Positions 8,828 through 17,827 are shown, counted from the stretch's first letter. The stretch: 64,000 nt of DNA from Candidatus Poribacteria bacterium (GCA_965232535.1 CBDDPW010000020.1:213702-277701), one strand, 5' to 3'. Numbers and translations are program-made. Notes: generated by a model from the sequence alone, not told the origin.

Positions 8828-9346
8828 TTACGATTGAGATGGGGATTCTTGGTCATCCCTGTTTCCGACTTCAGCCTGGAGCGCGTGAGAGACAATTTCA
8901 ACCTTGGCAGTGAGTTTGCTTATGTCGGCGTGGGTTGCCTGAGCGTTGGCATGAATTGCCTCGGTGTTGGCATCAATCTTCTCGCCGAGTCTCACCATCT
9001 GAGACTGCATCAATCTCATATCTTCACGGATTTCATTGGTGATTGCCAGGGAAGTGGTAAATACTTTGTCAATCTGCTGTTGAAGATTAGAGGTTTCATT
9101 TTCAATCTGCTTTTGAAGATTGGATATTTCGCTTCCAATCTGCTGTTGACGACTGGATGTTTCGTTTTCAATATGTTTTTGAAGATTTGTTACCTCTTTA
9201 TTAATTTGCTTTTGGAGGTTGTCTGCCATCCTATTCATCTCTGCTCTACTGGGAATGCGCCATCCCAATAGAAATACTGTGATTCCAACGCCTAGAGCGG
9301 TGACAATTGGCGACAACTCTTTCAATGCGCTTATCAACTCTTCCAT
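8828..9346 (-). CDS. membrane-anchored coiled-coil protein with ~11-aa tandem repeats
   Basis: RBS GGGAG lies 11 nt upstream. An N-terminal TM is followed by repeated NLQKQI(N/E)(K/N)E(V/T)(T/S) units (NLQKQINKEVT, NLQKHIENETS, NLQKQIENETS, NLQQQIDKV). Confidence 0.65.
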   Translation of the reverse strand: MEELISALKELSPIVTALGVGITVFLLGWRIPSRAEMNRMADNLQKQINKEVTNLQKHIENETSSRQQQIGSEISNLQKQIENETSNLQQQIDKVFTTSLAITNEIREDMRLMQSQMVRLGEKIDANTEAIHANAQATHADISKLTAKVEIVSHALQAEVGNRDDQESPSQS

Positions 9347-9375
9347 AGCCCAATTTCTCCCTCTTTGAACGGCGT

Positions 9376-9693
9376 CTAACGGCTTTGGACAACAACCCGA
9401 CTTCCTTCTACGGCAACCACTTCAACCTCTGTGTCAGGCTCGATAAATTCTCCGTCAGTGACCACATCCACCCGCTGTCCATCGATTAACGCAACTCCTG
9501 CCGGGCGTAGCGGAGATAGAGATTGACCGGATTTCCCGGCTAAAGCCGCCAATTCCTGTGGTGCCGCTTGGAACCCATCCGCGCTATTTTGTGATGTCCT
9601 GAGAATGAGCGCCCGCACCAATTTCACCACAACGGCTATCAGCACCGCAACAATCACCAAAGTTAGAATTGTATCCATCCCGAAATTCCCCAT
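9376..9693 (-). CDS. short NfeD-like protein (one TM + C-terminal OB-fold domain)
   Basis: The C-terminal GQSLSPLRPAGVALIDGQRVDVVTDGEFIEPDTEVEVVAVEGSRVVV is the NfeD OB-fold signature. It is a close paralog of the C-terminus of the next gene. Confidence 0.7.
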   Translation of the reverse strand: MGNFGMDTILTLVIVAVLIAVVVKLVRALILRTSQNSADGFQAAPQELAALAGKSGQSLSPLRPAGVALIDGQRVDVVTDGEFIEPDTEVEVVAVEGSRVVVQSR

Positions 9694-9704
9694 TTGACAA
9701 CTGT

Positions 9705-10187
9705 TTACCGACTCCTCACGACAACCCGACGCCCCTCAACGTCAACTACCTCCACTTCCGTTTCGGGTTGTATGAACTCTCCATTGGTGACCACGTCTAT
9801 CCGCTTGCCATCAATCAGGGCAACTCCTGCCGGCCTGAGGGGAGACACGGACTGACCGACGTGACCGACTAAATCTGCCAACTCCTGCGGCGGGGCTTGA
9901 AAACCGTCGTCGCTATTTTGAGCGGTCCGAAGAATGACGGTTCGGCCGAGCCGTGTTCGAGGCGCGAGCCACAATCCCAAGATGGCAAGCGGGATAATAA
10001 TGACAACTGTTCCTCCGGCGTATAGCGAGGCGGTTTCCCATCCGCTTTCGACCCAAACTATCCCAATGCCGACGCAAATGAGAATAATTCCCGGCACACC
10101 AGCCGCCCCGAAACCGGGAAGAAGTATGATCTCAATGAACAGCAATAGAACCCCTAAACCGAGGAGAAAGAGGGGCAGCGGCGGCAT
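9705..10187 (-). CDS. NfeD-like membrane protein (multi-TM + OB-fold domain)
   Basis: RBS AAGGA. Three to four TM helices are followed by GQSVSPLRPAGVALIDGKRIDVVTNGEFIQPETEVEVVDVEGRRVVV. Confidence 0.8.
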   Translation of the reverse strand: MPPLPLFLLGLGVLLLFIEIILLPGFGAAGVPGIILICVGIGIVWVESGWETASLYAGGTVVIIIPLAILGLWLAPRTRLGRTVILRTAQNSDDGFQAPPQELADLVGHVGQSVSPLRPAGVALIDGKRIDVVTNGEFIQPETEVEVVDVEGRRVVVRSR

Positions 10188-10281
10188 AATCGCATCCTTT
10201 TATGGGAGATTATCGCAGAAATTCAATCTTTCATTCAAGGACCTAGAGGAGACGAGCGCGCTGTGTGAATTGAATCCTGTC

Positions 10282-11811
10282 TTACGTTGCGTTGGATTCC
10301 TCGTCCAAGGCTTCCACGAAGACCTTCGAGCCTTCTACCTCTATCACTTTAACGGCGGTTTCAGAAGGGATGAAATCGCCCGCGGTAAGTACATCCACGC
10401 GTTTGCCGGCGAGGCGGATTGTACCCGCCGGACGCAAGGGAGTAATTGCCGTCCCGGTCTGTCCGATGTAACTTTGGAAATCCTCGTCTCCTGCGGAATG
10501 GAAGCCTATATCCGAACTCATCTCGGTAGCCAAAGCAAAATGCTTCCATGCGCGCGTCTTTGGGAAGAGATAAAACGCGGCTATCACGCCGATGGCGGTG
10601 AGGACGATAACGGATGAAAACGCCAAGATCGCCGTTTCAAACCGGTAAGCACTCTTGAATACATAAAATATTCCGCCGAACATAAGTACTATTCCCGAAA
10701 TCCCTGCAACGCCAAATCCCGGTAAGACGAAAACCTCGACCAGAATTAAGCCTACTCCCAGAACAAAAGCCAGCGCTGCCCACTGCGCGTCAATCTGGCT
10801 CAGCATGTGACCGCCGAAGAAGATACCCAGACATAGCAGACCGAGCATCCCGGGCACGCCGAACCCGGGCGACTGAATTTCTATCCATAATCCAAGCATT
10901 CCTAGCGAGAGCAGGAGCGAACTAATGATAGGGCTGGTAAGAAAAATGACAATCCGATCCGCCAATGAAACCAAGGCTTCGTCGGTTGCCGCCCCTTCAA
11001 GCGACTTGACAAACCATACACTTTCGGCGCCAAGTTCTTCCTGTTTCTGCGCTATCACTTCCGCTGTCAGCGCTTTTCTAATTCCATCGATCTCGACGAT
11101 TCTATACATCGCCAAAAGCTCTTCAATCGTTTCCGCGCGCCCATGCGCGAAACCATACTCCAAGGCTTGGTCGGTGGTCAATGTCAACAACTCGCCCTCG
11201 GCGGAGATGACCTCCATCTCCTCGCCATCTTCCTTTTTGTCTTCAAAAATGTCCGGTCTGTACGAGAGAATTCTACCATCCGATAATCTAACAAGCACGC
11301 GTTTCTTGTCAACCATTGCAACTGCAATATGTTCATTGTGTCCCTGTCGTTCCGCGGTTGTTTCGATGGTCGAGCGAACATAGGAAAGCGCTTTTTCCCC
11401 AGCCTCTTCTCCCTGAATCGAGACCGGCGCGGAGTCGCCAATTGTACCGCCCGATACCATCACAATTTGATCGCAGGCGATAGAGATCATTGCTCCTGCG
11501 GAGATTGCCTGTCTGTTCACGAATGCTATGGTTGGCACTCTCGTGTCTTGAATCGCGTCCATGATTTTCTGTGCGGAATCGACTCGGCCCCCGGGCGTGT
11601 CAACATCAAAAATAATGGTATCCGCATTGGCGGATTCGGCGCGCGCAATTCCGCTTTGGATGTAAGTGCGTATCCCGCTGCCAATCTGATCGCGTATGTT
11701 GACAATATGCACCAAGGCAACATCTTGAGCCGATGAGACCAGTGACATGGCTAGGAGGCTAACGCCGAGTATTATGAATATGCAACTTGTCAAACGTGTT
11801 CTGCTAAACAT
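10282..11811 (-). CDS. long NfeD-family membrane-bound ClpP-class serine protease
   Basis: Signal/TM followed by a ClpP/S49-like domain (IIFDVDTPGGRVDSAQKIMDAI, AFVNRQAISAGAMISIACDQIVM). Then a multi-TM block and a C-terminal OB fold (GTAITPLRPAGTIRLAGKRVDVLTAGDFIPSETAVKVIEVEGSKVFV). Start set at ATG 11811 (GAGGTG RBS) rather than the GTG at 11820. Confidence 0.88.
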   Translation of the reverse strand: MFSRTRLTSCIFIILGVSLLAMSLVSSAQDVALVHIVNIRDQIGSGIRTYIQSGIARAESANADTIIFDVDTPGGRVDSAQKIMDAIQDTRVPTIAFVNRQAISAGAMISIACDQIVMVSGGTIGDSAPVSIQGEEAGEKALSYVRSTIETTAERQGHNEHIAVAMVDKKRVLVRLSDGRILSYRPDIFEDKKEDGEEMEVISAEGELLTLTTDQALEYGFAHGRAETIEELLAMYRIVEIDGIRKALTAEVIAQKQEELGAESVWFVKSLEGAATDEALVSLADRIVIFLTSPIISSLLLSLGMLGLWIEIQSPGFGVPGMLGLLCLGIFFGGHMLSQIDAQWAALAFVLGVGLILVEVFVLPGFGVAGISGIVLMFGGIFYVFKSAYRFETAILAFSSVIVLTAIGVIAAFYLFPKTRAWKHFALATEMSSDIGFHSAGDEDFQSYIGQTGTAITPLRPAGTIRLAGKRVDVLTAGDFIPSETAVKVIEVEGSKVFVEALDEESNAT

Positions 11812-11922
11812 GGCAATCACCTCTTCTTAAGTCCGAATGGCGAATGAGGTGGAAAAGTTTATGGATTTCTCGAGTTCGGTCTGGTCCAATCTGCAATCAA
11901 AGCGTACAGAATACACATCACT

Positions 11923-11951
11923 ATTATATCCATCATGCCGTGACCTGTCAA
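11923..11951 (-). promoter_or_regulatory. consensus sigma70-type promoter for the NfeD/FloA operon
   Basis: The minus strand reads TTGACA (11951-11946), an exactly 17-nt spacer, then TATAAT (11928-11923). This lies about 110 nt upstream of the nfeD start. Confidence 0.6.
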
Positions 11952-12711
11952 GCCTTTTGAAACTCAGCATCTACGGTGTTGACGCTTGTGATCGATTGAC
12001 ATTCTCGCTTACCAAATAGTGCTGCGATGGAGGGAAAACCGCTAATATTTTCCCGAAGTCTAACGCCACCGCATTCGTGCTAACAACCCCTGATCTCTGC
12101 ACGGTATTTGCCGTTTCTTTTCGATGTCGTCAACGCTGATTTGAAACGCGACGTACGGTAGGTGCGATTTCCGGATCGCGACCACATTCTCCGGCTCAAT
12201 CAAGATACCGTGGAAACGCATCTGAATGCAGGGCTTGATATGCGGGGCACTTGGAATCTGCTTGTTTAGGCTCTTGCATAGGGTAAAACACATGACTAAT
12301 CCCCCGATTTCCTCGATATTGGACAGAGCCAATCGTTGATTAAAGATCAACAGTCCAGTTTTGAGTCGTTGGCAGACCGCAGACGAGTTGACTGTCGCAC
12401 ACCTCATAAGTTTTTGATGATATTGCTATGTGCTGTGATTGGGGAAAGTGTTTTCGCCTTTGGGACACCCAACGCGCGAGGAAACGCCGCGCCCAATTTT
12501 TCTCGACACAATTTATACAACGTGCTAAAATGATATCCAATTGGCGGAGACAATTTTAAACGTCATAAACCGAGTTGATAATGGAATCCTCGGTTTCTGT
12601 CGCTTTACGAGAAACGAAGAAGTTCTGCCGACTACATTACCTAAGTAGAATCGGCTGTTTTGCAAACAGTGTCCCCACCCAAAAAATCTTTATCACGGAG
12701 GAGGGTTGTTA

Positions 12712-14352
12712 ATGAAAATTCTACGAATACTTGCGGCTTGCTCGCTGCTCGCATTTGGGTTGTTAACCGCGGCTTTTGCCGAATCCAAGCTAATGTCCAG
12801 CGATCCAAACAGGGGAGACCAGTTCGGTTGGTCGGTTGACATCAGCGGGCATACGATAATCGTTGGCGCCCCAATCAACAGCGAGAACAACCTTATCGAG
12901 CACGGATCAGCCTATATCTTTACGCTCAAAAGAGAGGGAAACAAGGACAACTGGGAAGAGAAGGCAGTGCTCGATCCCAAAGAGGACGGACGCCGTAACG
13001 ACAACTTCGGTTACGCCGTGGCAATTGACGGTGACTATGTGGCAGTCGGATCCCCCGGGATCAACAGTTCTACCGGCGCCGTGTATGTCTACAAACGCAG
13101 CGGGGGCGCTTGGAAGCAACAGCAGAAAATCGAAGTTGCCGACGGCAAAAAGAGGGACAATTTCGGGCATTCCGTCGACATATTCGGAGAACATCTCATC
13201 GTGAGCGCTTATCTCGACGATAGCAAAGCCGGATCCGCCTATATTTTCATCCGCAACGGAGACAGATGGCGGCAGCAGGCGAAAATCACCGGTAACGACA
13301 CCGCGAAAGGCGACAATTTCGGCGAAGCAGTTGCCTTCGCCGGTAGCGAGAACGGCGTCGACTTTGCCATTGTTGGAGCGCCTAACAACACACACAACGG
13401 AAAGAAATCGGGCGCCGCATACATCTTTGTTCATGACGGAGGAAAATGGACGGAAGAGGCCAAGTTGGTATCTGCTGACGCTCAAACCTCCGACTTCATT
13501 GGAGATGCCGTATCCATTAGTGGGCACCGCGGCATAAAGCGTTATGCCCTCGTGGGAGCGCCGCATTTGGACTTGGCGCAGGACGTAGAGGTTAGGAGCA
13601 GCGCCGCATATATCTTCTCGAGCGATGGAGGCGCTTGGGGGGAGGAGGCCAAGCTTACGGCAAAAGATAAGGAGAAGGCAGACGGCTTCGGATCGGGGGT
13701 TTCAATCAACCGTAATATCGCGTTAGTCGGCGTTCCTCGACACGGTGAAGGCGCCATTCTGGACGGTGAACTTAATGCGGGAATCGTCTACCCGTATCTG
13801 CGTGAAGGCGACCAATGGATTAGACAGGGATCACGGGCAACCACAATACCTCCGGAATTTCCGGAACAGAGTTTCGGAAATGTGGTAATAGCCACGCAGG
13901 AGTTTATTGTCATCGCGGCGTACGGTTTGCAAAAAGGAAATCCCGACCGCGGTGATCCGAACGGTGGGGCGGTTTATATCTATTACACACAAAGGGATTG
14001 GAAGCTGCCCTATTCCGTCGAACCGTCATTGCTAAAGGCGGCAACGCTGGGGGGAATTAAGCGGACTGCGCTATTCCAAAACTTCCCGAACCCGTTTAAT
14101 CCGGAGACCTGGCTGCCCTATCAATTGGGGAGCAAGTCAGATGTGGCATTCCATATTTTCAACACTCGAGGACAACTTGTGCGCCGGTTAGACGTCGGAC
14201 TACAGCCAGTGGGCAGTTACCAGGACAAAGATACCGCTGCGTATTGGGACGGCCAGGATCAGTTGGGACAACCCGTATCCAGTGGACTTTACTTCTACAC
14301 ACTGACCGCAGGCAAGTCTCAAATCACACGCAGGATGTTGATTTTGAAATAG
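12712..14352 (+). CDS. secreted FG-GAP (integrin-alpha-like) beta-propeller protein with Por/T9SS-type C-terminal sorting domain
   Basis: RBS GGAGGAGGG and signal peptide MKILRILAACSLLAFGLLTAAFA. Repeated units of the form GDxFGxSV...VGAP...GSAYIF. C-terminal FQNFPNPFNPETWLPYQL...SGLYFYTLTAG...RRMLILK matches the Por_Secre_tail/FlgD-Ig pattern. Confidence 0.85.
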   Translation: MKILRILAACSLLAFGLLTAAFAESKLMSSDPNRGDQFGWSVDISGHTIIVGAPINSENNLIEHGSAYIFTLKREGNKDNWEEKAVLDPKEDGRRNDNFGYAVAIDGDYVAVGSPGINSSTGAVYVYKRSGGAWKQQQKIEVADGKKRDNFGHSVDIFGEHLIVSAYLDDSKAGSAYIFIRNGDRWRQQAKITGNDTAKGDNFGEAVAFAGSENGVDFAIVGAPNNTHNGKKSGAAYIFVHDGGKWTEEAKLVSADAQTSDFIGDAVSISGHRGIKRYALVGAPHLDLAQDVEVRSSAAYIFSSDGGAWGEEAKLTAKDKEKADGFGSGVSINRNIALVGVPRHGEGAILDGELNAGIVYPYLREGDQWIRQGSRATTIPPEFPEQSFGNVVIATQEFIVIAAYGLQKGNPDRGDPNGGAVYIYYTQRDWKLPYSVEPSLLKAATLGGIKRTALFQNFPNPFNPETWLPYQLGSKSDVAFHIFNTRGQLVRRLDVGLQPVGSYQDKDTAAYWDGQDQLGQPVSSGLYFYTLTAGKSQITRRMLILK

Positions 14353-14380
14353 GTTTCCACGAGATTCGAGGATGAGTATT

Positions 14381-14412
14381 GGCAGGGCCCCCACAGGTCC
14401 CCTGCCTTTTTT
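14381..14412 (+). terminator. Rho-independent terminator after the FG-GAP gene
   Basis: GGCAGGG (14381-14387) pairs with CCCTGCC (14400-14406) and is followed by TTTTTT (14407-14412). It lies 29 nt after the TAG stop. Confidence 0.75.
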
Positions 14413-14451
14413 GTGATCGCTACGGAAAAGCTCTCGATTATTTGGACCGAT

Positions 14452-14543
14452 TCTGTCAAGTAACACTCTCAGAAAGCTAGTCATAGAGCGGGAGTTGAGA
14501 GTCACTTGATGAGGAAATTATTCCGCCAAGGATAATGTGCGCT
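14452..14543. repeat. internally deleted copy of the double-hairpin repeat element
   Basis: It keeps the 5' module TCTGTCAAGTAACACTC, the GTCATAGAGCG module and the 3' module ...GAAATTATTCCGCCAAGGATAATGTGCGCT. It lacks the two hairpins. Confidence 0.65.
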
Positions 14544-14557
14544 ATAGACACACCGTC

Positions 14558-14578
14558 GGGGCAAGATGCCCCTCCTAC
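14558..14578 (-). repeat. REP-like hairpin GGGGCAAGATGCCCC + TCCTAC
   Basis: The minus strand reads GTAGGAGGGGCATCTTGCCCC. The same unit with a GTGG head occurs on the plus strand at 46040-46060. Confidence 0.7.
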
Positions 14579-14594
14579 ATGGAAATTTGGGGCA

Positions 14595-14832
14595 GTTACT
14601 TGCTGAATGAATTACACCGACAGGGATAATGGCGTGCTCTCAAGTAACACTCGACATTGCGCTCCTCTGGAGCGCGGAGATTAGGCGCATCACGATTCTA
14701 TTGACATCTCACTCCTCCGGAGTGAAAACCCCTCCACGAAGGAACACCTTCTCAAAGCCCGTCATAGATTCAAAGACGTAGTGTTACTTGCTGAATGAAT
14801 TATTCCGATAGGAATAATAGGGTGCTCTCAAG
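14595..14832. repeat. double-hairpin repeat element: solo 3' module fused to a full copy (copy 2)
   Basis: 14595-14644 is the 3' module. 14637-14832 is a full unit collinear with 4181-4374. It has hairpins GCGCTCC-tct-GGAGCGC (14659-14675) and CACTCC-tcc-GGAGTG, plus an internal 10-bp inverted repeat CAAGTAACAC (14641-14650) / GTGTTACTTG (14781-14790). Confidence 0.8.
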
Positions 14833-14912
14833 GATTTCGTGGTTCTCCTGTCCCGACGGTGCCAACCGTTGCTTGCTAATATAGGTCACCTATTGTAAAG
14901 GAGAGCCGTGAA

Positions 14913-15095
14913 ATGAAAGTACTGCTTTTGGCAGTCGGCACGCTGATCACACTTTACGTAACTGCGAGTTTCGCCCAAGATTCTCCGCAATGGCACCCGC
15001 CCGATGGTGCTAAGACACACCCATTAGCAAGGGATTGGTTGACTTTAGATTACAAAAGCGACATCTCCAAATTTTGGAAAGAGACCAAAAGATGA
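14913..15095 (+). CDS. 60-aa signal-peptide mini-ORF, ATGA-coupled to the sialidase gene (possibly the detached leader of that gene)
   Basis: RBS AAGGAGAG and signal-like N-terminus MKVLLLAVGTLITLYVTASFAQD. Its TGA (15093-15095) overlaps the ATG at 15092. It also overlaps the open upstream extension of the sialidase frame (15035-15091). Confidence 0.45.
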   Translation: MKVLLLAVGTLITLYVTASFAQDSPQWHPPDGAKTHPLARDWLTLDYKSDISKFWKETKR

Positions 15096-16204
15096 TAATT
15101 GAACAGACACAATTGTTTAAAAACGGCGAAGGTGGATACCGTGCTTACACCACTCCCGCGTTGGCACAATCCGTGAGCGGCACCATGCTGGCGTTCTGCG
15201 AAGCCAGAAATAGTGACCCAACCGTTATGGGCGGCGACTCGGGCGATATTGACATCGGTCTCAGACGCAGTTTTGACAGTGGGCGCACGTGGGGACCCAT
15301 GCAGATTGCCGTCCGCACCGGTCCGGACACCGATGGAAATCCTGCCGCGGTAGTGGATAGGGATACCGGAACAATCTGGCTGGTGTTTTGCCAGAACTTT
15401 GCCGATGGTCCAGAGGACCTGATTGTCGAGGGCAAAGCGCCGCGTACCGTCTGGGTCACGTCTAGTAAAGACGATGGGGAAACGTGGGATACGCCGCGGG
15501 AGATTACAGACGACGTAAAAGACCCTTCGTGGACATGGTACGCGACGGGCCCCGGGGGCGGTATCCAACTGTCAAGCGGTAGGCTCGTCATTCCGTGCGA
15601 TCATGTGCAAGGCGTAGCCAGTGGCTACAATGACGTGGCATCCTCAGTGGCGACACTAGCGTCGTTTGGTCATTCGCACATCATCTACAGCGATGACCGC
15701 GGCGAACATTGGCACATCGGCGGCGTGGCGCAAGCGGGCACAAACGAATCGAATATCGTCCAAACGATTGGCGGTGCCCTGTACTTGAACTGCAGGAACT
15801 ATGTAGGCGACCACCGACGCGCCTACGCTTGGAGTTATGATGATGGTTTGTCCTTTTCGGAGTCGGGTTGGGATGAAACGCTGCCGGAACCCATCTGTCA
15901 TGCAGGCATGACTCGCTTCACGGACGAAAATTCGCACGACAAGAATCGGGTTCTCTTTTCAAATCCTGCGAGCAAAAGCCGAAGAGAACGCCTGACCGTT
16001 CGAATCAGCTATGATGAGTGTCGCACTTGGAACGCGGGCAAAGTGCTTCACGAAGACCATTCGTCCTACTCGGGTATCTGTGCCGCCCCCGATATGAGCA
16101 TCTGCTGCCTTTACGATCACGGCTTTGGAAGCGATTACGATGGCCTCACCCTCGCGCGGTTTGATCTTGAGTGGCTCACAGACGGAGCTGACAGCGTCAC
16201 GTAG
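15092..16204 (+). CDS. BNR/Asp-box exo-alpha-sialidase-like (GH33-type) protein, no signal peptide as annotated
   Basis: Five Asp-box motifs: SFDSGRTW, SKDDGETW, SDDRGEHW, SYDDGLSF, SYDECRTW. Start placed at ATG 15092; the frame stays open back to TTG 15035. Confidence 0.85.
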   Translation: MIIEQTQLFKNGEGGYRAYTTPALAQSVSGTMLAFCEARNSDPTVMGGDSGDIDIGLRRSFDSGRTWGPMQIAVRTGPDTDGNPAAVVDRDTGTIWLVFCQNFADGPEDLIVEGKAPRTVWVTSSKDDGETWDTPREITDDVKDPSWTWYATGPGGGIQLSSGRLVIPCDHVQGVASGYNDVASSVATLASFGHSHIIYSDDRGEHWHIGGVAQAGTNESNIVQTIGGALYLNCRNYVGDHRRAYAWSYDDGLSFSESGWDETLPEPICHAGMTRFTDENSHDKNRVLFSNPASKSRRERLTVRISYDECRTWNAGKVLHEDHSSYSGICAAPDMSICCLYDHGFGSDYDGLTLARFDLEWLTDGADSVT

Positions 16205-16239
16205 CGTGTTGAAAATTCTTCGGGAGCCCTAAAGGAAGC

Positions 16240-16260
16240 GGTGGGCGGTGCCCACCCTAC
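16240..16260 (-). repeat. REP-like hairpin GGTGGGC-g-GTGCCCACC + CTAC
   Basis: The minus strand reads GTAGGGTGGGCACCGCCCACC. It is intergenic between the sialidase and sulfatase-like genes. Confidence 0.7.
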
Positions 16261-16318
16261 AAGAAACTGCATTTATTATGTTGGATGAGTAAGACGGCCC
16301 GAAAGGAATCGTGCAACT

Positions 16319-17827
16319 ATGGAACATCTGAACATCGTCGTCATTTGTCTCGACACATTTCGTGCCGACATCGTAGGGCCAAATAAGCGGTTCAGCGACA
16401 TCGCCACGCCGGCGCTTGATGCACTCGCTGCCGAATCGGCGCGGTTCAACCGCTGCTTCACGGAGCCCGGACAAACGGTCCAAGTCCGCAACGGTTGTTT
16501 CACCGGCATGCGTGGATTTCCGTACATCCACGGCTACTACGGCTGGCACGAGATTCCGGACGAGTACCCCACCGTCGCCGAAATTCTGCTGGAGCACGGT
16601 TACGCCACGGGCTTGATTGCCGACACGCCCCATCTGTTCAAGCCCAACATGAATCATCTCCGAGGTTTCATGTCGTGGGATCACATTCGAGGCGCCGGAG
16701 GCGACGGCTGGCACACCGGATCTTGGGATCTCATCAGAGAACTGTATAAGGACTATTTTGGAGCATACGAATCTGCCGAGCCCGATGCTTCGCACTTGGG
16801 AGGCAGAGGCCACTTTCTGCAACATTTGCACAATGTTCGGGACAGGAAAGAGGAAGCAGATTGGTTCGGTGCAAAGGTCTTCGCCAGCGCCAGTCGATGG
16901 CTGCGCGACAATGCGGCGAATTCGCCGTTTTTCCTTTGGATCGACTGCTTCGAGCCGCACGAGGTGTTCGACCCACCGCTGGATTACGTGCACCGCTACA
17001 ACGACTCGTGGCAAGGTCCGAAATACCAACAGCCTCGCCATATTCTTCATCGATCATTCTTTTCGGATATGAAAGGCGCGGATCTCGATGTCAAAACGCG
17101 GGATTATATTGATTACTATACCGCCTGTTACAAAGGCGGGATTACCTTTACCGATACGCATGTGGGTCACTTTCTCAATCAACTGGATGCTCTCGGGCTG
17201 AAGGATGACACGATAATTATCTTCTTCACCGACCACGGCACCGAGTTAGCCGATCACAAGGGCTGGGGCAAGCGCAACACCGAGTTGCATCCTTTCAACA
17301 CGCAGCAAAATCTGACAATTCGACACCCCGACGAAGAGTGGCAGGACCACGACATTGAAGCATGGGTGCAAAACTACGACCTTGGTCCGACCATCCTGGA
17401 TCTGGCGGGGGTGGAAGATGGGGTGGAAGGGATGAATGGCACGAGCGCTTGGGCGTTGCTGACTGGCGAACGTGAATCGCTCCATCCGTACATTACTACG
17501 GCGTGGGGCGGACGCGTTTCGATTCGCGACGAGCACTGGGTCTACGCAACTGGATGGGATTTCGAGGATTCGAACCCGGAGTTATACGACTTGTCAGCGG
17601 ATCCCGATGAGCTAGACAACGTGCACGATCGGTATCCGGATGTAGTGAGTGACTACCGTGCTCGAATTGAAGCGTTGCTTGGCACGCCGATTCCGCAGCC
17701 TTACTCGCAGGATCGCTTTGGGCCGATCGTGGGTCCCTTGAGCAAGCCGCTTTATGCCGAGTCTTATGCGCCGGTGTTCTACAAAGCTCGGCAGGAGTGG
17801 GATGAACCCCGCGCGCTTCCGAGATAG
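16319..17827 (+). CDS. sulfatase-fold (alkaline-phosphatase superfamily) hydrolase lacking the canonical C/S-x-P-x-R formylglycine motif
   Basis: NIVVICLDTFRAD (metal-binding Asp), IIFFTDHGTELADHKGWGK and the overall length fit the sulfatase family. Where CxPxR is expected the sequence reads TEPGQTVQVRNGCFTGMRG. There is no signal peptide. Confidence 0.75.
   Translation: MEHLNIVVICLDTFRADIVGPNKRFSDIATPALDALAAESARFNRCFTEPGQTVQVRNGCFTGMRGFPYIHGYYGWHEIPDEYPTVAEILLEHGYATGLIADTPHLFKPNMNHLRGFMSWDHIRGAGGDGWHTGSWDLIRELYKDYFGAYESAEPDASHLGGRGHFLQHLHNVRDRKEEADWFGAKVFASASRWLRDNAANSPFFLWIDCFEPHEVFDPPLDYVHRYNDSWQGPKYQQPRHILHRSFFSDMKGADLDVKTRDYIDYYTACYKGGITFTDTHVGHFLNQLDALGLKDDTIIIFFTDHGTELADHKGWGKRNTELHPFNTQQNLTIRHPDEEWQDHDIEAWVQNYDLGPTILDLAGVEDGVEGMNGTSAWALLTGERESLHPYITTAWGGRVSIRDEHWVYATGWDFEDSNPELYDLSADPDELDNVHDRYPDVVSDYRARIEALLGTPIPQPYSQDRFGPIVGPLSKPLYAESYAPVFYKARQEWDEPRALPR

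Noticed and set aside
12060-12407. A 115-aa minus-strand ORF has a faint VOC/glyoxalase-like stretch (LPYVAFQISVDDIEKK).
   Set aside because: The similarity is too short and uncertain, there is no RBS, and the surrounding 880 bp is otherwise non-coding. It may be a gene remnant, but I cannot support it.
16229-17050. A long 273-aa minus-strand ORF lies antisense to the sulfatase-like gene. Similar long antisense ORFs occur at 207-671, 7298-7837, 10925-11383, 12907-13566, 18106-18771, 23649-24584, 47662-48365 and 53830-54462.
   Set aside because: These are shadow ORFs opposite genes that have clear family motifs. They are Arg/Ser/Pro-rich with no recognisable domains.
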